Shown piece after piece: positions 33,863-40,631 of a stretch of DNA of 40,631 nt. Position 1 is the stretch's first letter. Each line of letters begins with the position of its first letter. The translations under genes were made by a program, and so were the position numbers. Source of the stretch: Coriobacteriales bacterium (GTDB lineage Bacteria > Actinomycetota > Coriobacteriia > Coriobacteriales > UBA8131); the NCBI GenBank assembly GCA_031263105.1, contig JAISGJ010000142.1:1-40631 (forward strand), given 5' to 3'. Below the pieces are notes generated by a model. It was not told the origin of the DNA and did not search any database. It saw only the letters and a list, made by a program, of their open reading frames with translations.

Positions 33863-34100
33863 CGTTACTGAGTTCACACCCCCACTGTCATTCCGAGCCC
33901 CGCCGAGGAATCTTTGGACACGCAGTGTCCAACGGCAGGTCGGGGGGCCCTCCGACCTGCGGTCGACCGCTGGCGCGGCCGAGGATCCCTCGACAGGCTC
34001 GGGATGACAGTGGGGCTCGGGGTGACAGTGGGGCTCGGGGTGACAGTGGGGGCCGGGATGACAGTGGGGGGGTCGGGGTGACAGTGGGGTGTCAGTAACG
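33863..34100. repeat. MITE/REP-like element, copy 3 (inverted), with tandem ~18-bp expansion
   Basis: Reverse complement of copy 2; five units of about CTCGGGRTGACAGTGGGG at 33998-34089. Confidence 0.85.
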
Positions 34101-34152
34101 CGCGGCCCCAGCCGCCGCCAGGGAGGGCTGTGTGCCAGAAGGCCCAGAAGGG

Positions 34153-35592
34153 CTAGAAGCCCATGAGCATGCTGACGAGCGGCAGCCAGAGCGTGCAGAG
34201 AACGATCAGGAGCGGGACGGTGAACCAGCCCTTCTTCAGCCATTCTCCCATGGTGATCCAGCCCTTCTCATAACAGATGAGCATGATCGAATCCACCGGG
34301 ATGACCGTGGTGACGCCGCCCAACGTGCCGCCGATCATGGCGATCACCGCACCGTTGACGCCCGTCACCGCCGCCAATGCCATGATCAGGGGCAGGGCCA
34401 CCGACACCGTCGGCGGGCCGACCGGGATGCAGATATGCAGGAAGGCCGTGACCGTGCAGGCCACCAGCACGACGACGAGCATCGGCCAGGCATCGGCGCC
34501 GACCAGCACCGTGTTCACGAACCAGGCGGCGACGCCGGTGCCCACAAGGCCGGCGGAGAGGGCCGTGACCCCGGCGATCATCATGATCACGTCCCAGCCG
34601 ATGTTCTTGTAATAGTCCTTCTTGGAGATCAGATCTATGCCGGGAACGAAGGCCACGATGGCGGCCACGAAGCTGATCATCATCATGTTCAGAGAGGTGA
34701 TCCAGGTGGTGGAGATCATCAAGCCCACCACGATGACGAACCAGACGATGATCTTGACCTCATGGGCCGAGATCTTGCCGAAACTGCTGATCTGCTCCTG
34801 AACCTTCCTGATGGCGTCTTCAGAGACGGGCTCGCACTTGAAGACCTTGATCAGCCAGAACGCGGTCAGACAGGTGGCCACCAAGGCCATCGGAACGCCC
34901 ATGACCATCCAGTCCAGGAACGTGACGCGGACGCCCATGAACTGCTCGACCATGGTCATGCACAGGATGTTCAGGGAGTTGCCCATGGGGGTGCCGATGC
35001 CGCCGATGGCGGCGGCGGCACCGCAGCCGATGGACAGGGCCTTGGCCAGCTGGGAGTTGCCCTTGACACCGCCGTTGGCCTCCACGATGGAGATGGAGAG
35101 GCCGACGAAGATCGCCGAGGCGGCCAGGTCGGAGACGAACATCGAGAGGACGGCGTCGGCGAGCATGATGCCGAAGATCAGCTTCGCCGTGCTGCCCTTG
35201 GACCAGGAGAGCGCGACGTTGGCGATGCGGTACGGGATAGGCGAGGCCATCACCGCCCCGGACAGGGCGAAGACGAACAAGCAGAAGAAGACCACCGACG
35301 ACGTGGTCGCCCCATAGACGTCGGCTATCGGGATGACGCCCGAGAAGGGCAGCAGAACCAAGATCACCAGGACCGAGACGATGAACGGGATCGCCTCGGT
35401 CACCCAAAGGACGATCAGGCAGGCCAGGATGCCTACGGCGGCGATGGCGGGCCTTTCAAGGCCCTCGGGCACCGGGCACACAAACGCGAAGAACAGATAC
35501 ACGGCTGCTGCGACGATCCACGCAATCAGCTTCTTCATACTGAAGGGCACGGTACCCTTGGCAATGCTCGCTGATATCTCAGTTGCACTCAT
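34153..35592 (-). CDS. SLC13/DASS-family permease
   Basis: LWVTEAIP, AAAIGGIGTPMGNSLN, VTFLDWM, IGWDVIMM. Confidence 0.9.
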   Translation of the reverse strand: MSATEISASIAKGTVPFSMKKLIAWIVAAAVYLFFAFVCPVPEGLERPAIAAVGILACLIVLWVTEAIPFIVSVLVILVLLPFSGVIPIADVYGATTSSVVFFCLFVFALSGAVMASPIPYRIANVALSWSKGSTAKLIFGIMLADAVLSMFVSDLAASAIFVGLSISIVEANGGVKGNSQLAKALSIGCGAAAAIGGIGTPMGNSLNILCMTMVEQFMGVRVTFLDWMVMGVPMALVATCLTAFWLIKVFKCEPVSEDAIRKVQEQISSFGKISAHEVKIIVWFVIVVGLMISTTWITSLNMMMISFVAAIVAFVPGIDLISKKDYYKNIGWDVIMMIAGVTALSAGLVGTGVAAWFVNTVLVGADAWPMLVVVLVACTVTAFLHICIPVGPPTVSVALPLIMALAAVTGVNGAVIAMIGGTLGGVTTVIPVDSIMLICYEKGWITMGEWLKKGWFTVPLLIVLCTLWLPLVSMLMGF

Positions 35593-35884
35593 AGTGTTCC
35601 CTCCTTATTGTCGGTAAGTCGATATCCTTAGTACCTGCGGCTTTCTCCGGTGCCCGTCGCGCCCTCTGTCGCACCGCAGGCGACGGCAGTGCGCCGCATG
35701 ATGGGCAGGTGCCGCTGCCCTCGGTCTCCTCGGTGCCGCCGGCATCCGTCCGCTGCCGCACGTCTCGCACCGAGAGGCCCGGAGGCGGAATGCCCGAGGG
35801 CCTGCTCAATGAGAACTCCGTATTGACGAACCTGCCGCACCTTCCGCAGAACGAGCAAAACGCACCACAACTGCTCACACGCAC
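35579..35884 (-). CDS. Small Cys-rich protein in the oxidoreductase operon
   Basis: CGAFCSFCGRCG...PPPG...CPSCG; AAGGAG RBS. Confidence 0.55.
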   Translation of the reverse strand: MRVSSCGAFCSFCGRCGRFVNTEFSLSRPSGIPPPGLSVRDVRQRTDAGGTEETEGSGTCPSCGALPSPAVRQRARRAPEKAAGTKDIDLPTIRREHYECN

Positions 35885-35970
35885 CCATCTCCTTTGCGAG
35901 AGGGGAATGCGGCGCCACTCCCTGGCCTTCGTCGCATTCCCCAGCTTCGAGTCAGCGTGCCCCCGACGAG

Positions 35971-36306
35971 TCAGGGAATGAAGATCGCCGCCTTGTTGCC
36001 TTTCTCCTCAAGCTTCCTTGCGCACTCCTCGATGGTCCCGAACTCGAGCACCTTGGCCTGGCAGCATTGGACACAGGAGGGAAGCTCGCCTTTCGCGACG
36101 CGCTCCTCGCAGAGGTCGCACAGCTCGGTCGGGAGTGCGACGTAGTCCCAATGCCAGGAGCCGTCCGCGTGCTGGCGCGGCCTGTCCTCAAGGACCTTGA
36201 TGCCCCAGTCGTCCACGCTCAGCTCAAGCTCGTTGCGACACGCGATTTCGCAGCTGTGGCAGCCGGAGCAGAACTCGTAATTGATGTAGATGGCGTTTTG
36301 GGCCAT
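35971..36306 (-). CDS. 4Fe-4S ferredoxin-type subunit (short DmsB-like)
   Basis: MAQNAIYINYEFCSGCHSCEIAC...CDLC...PSCVQCCQA. Confidence 0.9.
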   Translation of the reverse strand: MAQNAIYINYEFCSGCHSCEIACRNELELSVDDWGIKVLEDRPRQHADGSWHWDYVALPTELCDLCEERVAKGELPSCVQCCQAKVLEFGTIEECARKLEEKGNKAAIFIP

Positions 36307-36329
36307 TGCTGTGCCTCCTTCGTTGTCTC

Positions 36330-38744
36330 TCAAGCCCTGACGAGCTTGTCCTCGGGGCGCCATACCTGCTGCACGGTGAACACCTTCGCCCGGCTGGGCT
36401 CGACGGTGTCCGCTGCGTCGGTCGGGTCGTTGGGGCCGCCTTCGCCATCGACCTTGGCGAGCTTGACGATCATCTGCTTGAACGTGTTGCCGAACCCCAG
36501 CTTGCCGTTCACGCTGTTGGGCATCAGCATGTTGATGTTCGCCTTCCAGTTGCCGAACAGGTTGGGCTCCGCGCCTTCTTCCTCGGGATACCACCAGCCG
36601 TGCATCGCATGGGCGACGCCTTCCTTGATAGTGGGCACCACGTGCGCACGCTGGCGGACCTTGGCGTAGGGCGACTCGATCTCCACCCAGTCGTTCTCGT
36701 TGATGCCCAGCCTCTCTGCGTCGCGAGGGTTGATATCCAGCTGCGGGTAGGGGGTGAGCTGGCGCAGGCTCGGCACCTGCTTGTGCTCGGAGTGGAAGAA
36801 CTCCTGCCGGCGGGCACCGGTCGTCAGGATGAACGGGTACTCCTTCATGAGCTCCGGCGTATGCTCGGGCCCATAGGCCGGATAGTCGAAGTACGGCAGC
36901 GGGTCCTCGCCCCAGTTCGCGTAGGCGTAGGAATACAGCTCCACGCGACCGGTTGTCGTGGGGAAGCCGAGCTGCCCGTCGGGGCGCAGCTTGCCCACTG
37001 CGAACTTGTAGTACGGCTCGTTGCTCATCACCGTGACCTTCTCGCGCAGCGTGGTATAGGGCAGCCAGCTCCGCATGACGTGGAAGTTGTTGTAATCCTC
37101 CTCGGTCTCGAAGCGGTTCCAGAAATCGGGGAAGGTCCTCTTGCCCACCATCATCATGATCTCGACGTCGCTCTTGCACTCGCCCACCTGGACGCACTTG
37201 TTCTGGGCACCGTAGAAGGAGGCGTTCAGGCCGTAGTGGGTCACGACCATGCCGTCATGCTCGATGGTGCTGGCCACAGGCAGGAAGACGTCGCAGCAGC
37301 TCATGGTCGTCGGATTCATGAAGAGGTCGCAGGCGAAGTTGAAGTCCAGCTTCTTCAGGGCCTTGTGCCAGCGCTGCGGCTCGGCCGAGATGGCGGTGCC
37401 CACGGGGTTGGAGCCGACGAACAGGGCCATGTGCATCTGGTAGGGGTCGCCGGTCTCCAAGGCCTTGATGAACTCGTCGGGATGCACGGTCCACATGACG
37501 GCACCCACGGCGGGATACTTGTCGACGCCGATGCGCTTGGTGTTCCAGCACTCCTCGCTCATGATGCCGTTCTTGATCGCCAGCGCCAAAGTCGAGTCGG
37601 TCTCGTCGTCCACCTTCTCGTCGGAGGCTATGGCGCCGCCGTCACGCACGGCGTTGCCTTGGTCGTCGCCCATGCCGAGCGTCGTTCCGCCGGGAGCGTC
37701 CAAAAAGCCCGTGATGGTCATCAGGGCGATGAGGCACTGGCCGAGCTGCGTGCCGTTGGGGTTCTCATCGACCGACAGCCCCCAGGCAAGGCTGGAGGGC
37801 TTGGCGTTGCCGTAGAGGCGTGCCGCCCGCCAGATCTGCTCCTCGGGCACGCCGCAGATCTCCGCCGCACGCGAGGGCGGCATGTCCTGGACGCGCTGCA
37901 CCAGCTCGTCGTAGCCGTAGGTCCACATGTCGATGAACTCGCGGTCGACCAGGTCGTCGTGCGCCAGGACATAGATCCAGGCCATGGCCATGGCGGTGTC
38001 GGTGCCGGGACGGACCTGCAGCACCTCCTCCGCCCTCGTGCCGATCCAGGTGATACGCGGGTCGACGCAGATGATCTTCGTGCCGAACCGGATCATCATC
38101 TCGATGATGGCGTGGCCGTACATGCCGTCCGGGTTGCTGCGCAACGGCTCCTTGCCCCAGAGCACGATGACCTCCGGCGGCACCCAGCCCTCATGTTCGT
38201 AACGGTCCTCGAACTTCATGGCATAGTCGATCTCCGGGTAACCGCCGCCGATCATGAAAGCGGTGTTGGACATCCTCGGCCCGTAACAGGACCAGCCGGC
38301 CTGGGCATAGCAGGAATTGGGCGAGCCGAAGACCAGGTTCGCCCATTGGGGGTACCAGTTGTTCGCCTCGCGGCCGGTGCCCCCAAAGACGCAGATGGTC
38401 TCCCCGCCGTACTTCTCGATGATCTCGTTGGCGTTGGTGGCCACGATGTCGATCGCCTCGTCCCACGAGCACTGCTCCCACGTGTCCTTTCCGCGATCCT
38501 CCTTGGCGCGCTTCAGAGGATGGGTGACACGGTCGGGATGGTAGATGTACTCCTTCAGCGCAAGGCAGCGGGGGCACAGGGAGCCTTTCGTGATGGGATG
38601 CTCGGGGTCGCCCTCGACCTTTGTCACCCTGCCGTCCTTGACGTGCACCTGGAGGCCGCATCCGACCGGATGGCATCCAGGCGGCGACCAGGCGCAGGTC
38701 CTATAGACGGTCTCGTCGCCGACTTGCCTCTTCCACTCTGTCAT
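36330..38744 (-). CDS. Molybdopterin-dependent oxidoreductase catalytic subunit (DMSO reductase family; catechol-dehydroxylase-like clade)
   Basis: RTCAWSPPGCHPVGCG, LCPRC, YHPDR, RPGTD, FFHSEH, INPRDA, HGWWYPE; no Tat signal seen. Confidence 0.93.
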   Translation of the reverse strand: MTEWKRQVGDETVYRTCAWSPPGCHPVGCGLQVHVKDGRVTKVEGDPEHPITKGSLCPRCLALKEYIYHPDRVTHPLKRAKEDRGKDTWEQCSWDEAIDIVATNANEIIEKYGGETICVFGGTGREANNWYPQWANLVFGSPNSCYAQAGWSCYGPRMSNTAFMIGGGYPEIDYAMKFEDRYEHEGWVPPEVIVLWGKEPLRSNPDGMYGHAIIEMMIRFGTKIICVDPRITWIGTRAEEVLQVRPGTDTAMAMAWIYVLAHDDLVDREFIDMWTYGYDELVQRVQDMPPSRAAEICGVPEEQIWRAARLYGNAKPSSLAWGLSVDENPNGTQLGQCLIALMTITGFLDAPGGTTLGMGDDQGNAVRDGGAIASDEKVDDETDSTLALAIKNGIMSEECWNTKRIGVDKYPAVGAVMWTVHPDEFIKALETGDPYQMHMALFVGSNPVGTAISAEPQRWHKALKKLDFNFACDLFMNPTTMSCCDVFLPVASTIEHDGMVVTHYGLNASFYGAQNKCVQVGECKSDVEIMMMVGKRTFPDFWNRFETEEDYNNFHVMRSWLPYTTLREKVTVMSNEPYYKFAVGKLRPDGQLGFPTTTGRVELYSYAYANWGEDPLPYFDYPAYGPEHTPELMKEYPFILTTGARRQEFFHSEHKQVPSLRQLTPYPQLDINPRDAERLGINENDWVEIESPYAKVRQRAHVVPTIKEGVAHAMHGWWYPEEEGAEPNLFGNWKANINMLMPNSVNGKLGFGNTFKQMIVKLAKVDGEGGPNDPTDAADTVEPSRAKVFTVQQVWRPEDKLVRA

Positions 38745-39046
38745 ACTCTTTCCCTTCGTCTCGGTCTCGAACATACCTGCCCGACAAGCGCGCACGTCCA
38801 CGATGCACGCCCACGAGAAAACGATGACCACATCGTAGGGAGGCCTCCGGGCGACACGTCGCAGGATGCAGGTGATTTCCTTGGGAGATTCCCCCCAAAC
38901 ATCGTCTTTAGCCGATGATTTTTACGAATTCCCACGTCATGCCGGTATTCGGAAACGTCTTCTGGATGCCTTTCCGCAATCGCATACCGTATGATTGGAC
39001 GGGAGCACAGAAGTAGTCCAAGTATCCATACAAGGGAGAGGCCGAC

Positions 39047-40631
39047 TTGGAGATAAAGCTACCCGGCATCAGGATCGACAGCAGCGAGGAGGCGCAGTTC
39101 TCCCTCGGCAGGCTCTCGCCTTCCCTGACCGTCGGATTCGGCATCCATTGGGCCTGGGTCTATCTGGTCATGTTCTCGGGGGATCTGTTCTACTTCTCCG
39201 GCAAAGGAAGCGCCGAGGAGACGACCCTGATGTTCTATATGGCCTCCCTCGCCTTCTTCGCCCTCGCGCTCCTTGCCTATGCGGTCGCCTTCAGGCCGCT
39301 TCGCAGGCTCTTCTTCACCCGAGAGGTCCGCTATACCATACGTGCCGTCGGCGCAGGGCTCACCTGCGTAGGGACGCTGTTGGTCGCTCTGGCCGATGCG
39401 GGGACGGCCCTGGGGCTGCTCGCCCTCTGGGCGGGTGCGGCATGCGCCGGCGTAGGCTCCGTCATCCTGCTCATGAGCCACGGCATCTCGTTCGGGCAGT
39501 GCGACATCGCGACCATCACCACCTCTACGGCCGCAGCGCTTGTTGCGGGCATGTTCGCCTATGCCCTGCTCCTTGAGATGGCGGCGGCAGCTCCCCTTGC
39601 AGCATTCGTCGTCACGGCGCTGTTGCCTTGGGCGGAGTGCTACTGCCTCTACAAGAACAGCTCGATCCTGATAGACCGGCTCGAGTTCTCGCAGACCACG
39701 CTCAAGATACGGCGGGGGCCGTTCGCACTGCGCATCGGCGTTCCCGGCCTCCTGTTCGGCTTCGTGCTCGGCATCATGCGCACATCGGCCCTCGGCGTGC
39801 TGTCCGACGCTGAGAGCAGCTCGCTTCGCATCCTGGGCATTGTCGGGGCATGCGTCCTCACAAGCGCGCTCATAATGATCGTCCTGCTCACTCAGAAGCA
39901 GCGGCTCAACTTTCTCTTCCGTCCGCTCGCGCCGCTTGTGGCCCTCATCCTGCTCGGCTCCAGCCTGTATGCCGGCGAAACGTCCGTTACCTGGGTACTG
40001 ACCGTGCTCGGGGGCTACCTGCTGCTCGAAAACGCCATGTGGATCAACTACAGCGACATCATGCAGCGCTACCGCATATCGCCCTTCATCGTTTTCGGCT
40101 TCGGTCGGGGGACGCTGGCCCTCGGAACCCTTGTCAGCGTGTTCGTGACGAGCGCCTGCGACCTAGGGCCGATCGGGCAGCACACCGTGCTGTGCGTCAT
40201 GCTGACCGCCATCCTGTGGGCCTACGTCGCATTGCCGCAGGAAGACGACATCCGACGCCTTCTCATACAAGGGAGCGAGGGTGCCGCCGACTCGATCGGG
40301 GGCGAAGGCAGGGCGTCGTCGAACGGACAGGCCGCCCAGTCGCCGAGCGGCTGGTTCAAGCGCAAATGCGGCATGGTCGCAGACCGCTACCTCCTCTCCC
40401 GCCGCGAGACGGAGGTCCTGTTCCTGCTGGCCAAGGGGCGCAACGCGGCACACATCCAAAAACAGCTGTACATCTCTGACAGCACCACACGGACTCACAT
40501 ACGCCACATCTACAAGAAGCTCGACATTCATACCCAACAGGCGCTCATCGACATGATAGACTCCCTTGAGCTGGCCGAGCCATCGGTCAGCCGACTGGCC
40601 GCCCCATCAGTCAGCCGGTACGACCCCCCCC
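39047..40631 (+). CDS. Multi-TM LuxR-family regulator (runs off the window end)
   Basis: TTG start after AAGGGAG; GFGIHWAWVY, many TM helices, C-terminal LSRRETEVLFLLAKGRNAAHIQKQLYISDSTTRTHIRHIYKKLDIH in the same frame. Confidence 0.9.
   Translation, partial: MEIKLPGIRIDSSEEAQFSLGRLSPSLTVGFGIHWAWVYLVMFSGDLFYFSGKGSAEETTLMFYMASLAFFALALLAYAVAFRPLRRLFFTREVRYTIRAVGAGLTCVGTLLVALADAGTALGLLALWAGAACAGVGSVILLMSHGISFGQCDIATITTSTAAALVAGMFAYALLLEMAAAAPLAAFVVTALLPWAECYCLYKNSSILIDRLEFSQTTLKIRRGPFALRIGVPGLLFGFVLGIMRTSALGVLSDAESSSLRILGIVGACVLTSALIMIVLLTQKQRLNFLFRPLAPLVALILLGSSLYAGETSVTWVLTVLGGYLLLENAMWINYSDIMQRYRISPFIVFGFGRGTLALGTLVSVFVTSACDLGPIGQHTVLCVMLTAILWAYVALPQEDDIRRLLIQGSEGAADSIGGEGRASSNGQAAQSPSGWFKRKCGMVADRYLLSRRETEVLFLLAKGRNAAHIQKQLYISDSTTRTHIRHIYKKLDIHTQQALIDMIDSLELAEPSVSRLAAPSVSRYDPP

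Noticed and set aside
30871..38918. Long opposite-strand ORFs over host transporter and oxidoreductase genes
   Set aside because: Shadow ORFs opposite well-supported genes.
40580..40617. Short direct repeat CCATCRGTCAGCCG at the window end
   Set aside because: Only two copies within the LuxR C-terminal tail; context truncated.

Overview
GC-rich window, probably from a Coriobacteriia/Eggerthellales actinobacterium (inferred from the multi-TM LuxR regulator and molybdoenzyme cluster). Bases 1 to ~23.5 kb are the right part of an HK97-like siphovirus prophage, cut at the left edge inside the tape measure gene. It carries tail, head and packaging genes, a long translationally coupled early operon (replication initiator with an internal iteron origin and an extra tyrosine recombinase), a cro/cI switch with 19-bp operators, a membrane-anchored DEDDh exonuclease, and a large serine integrase whose ORF runs into a tRNA-Lys(CTT), the likely attachment site. 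The most unusual part is 17.9-20.2 kb, just downstream of cro. Five copies of a 17-bp junction repeat delimit gene cassettes there. Two cassettes each hold a paralogous antisense gene for a membrane-anchored protein, fully nested inside a lytic-strand ORF, which is a candidate prophage defence/self-inhibitor system. The right half is host/accessory DNA: a partial tRNA duplication, three MITE/REP-like elements, a SAM methyltransferase, a SWIM protein, a toxin remnant with immunity gene, a VapD toxin-antitoxin-like pair, a LytTR/DUF3021/ABC module, two permeases and a molybdoenzyme operon with its LuxR regulator. All calls come from reading motifs by eye; no database searches were run.
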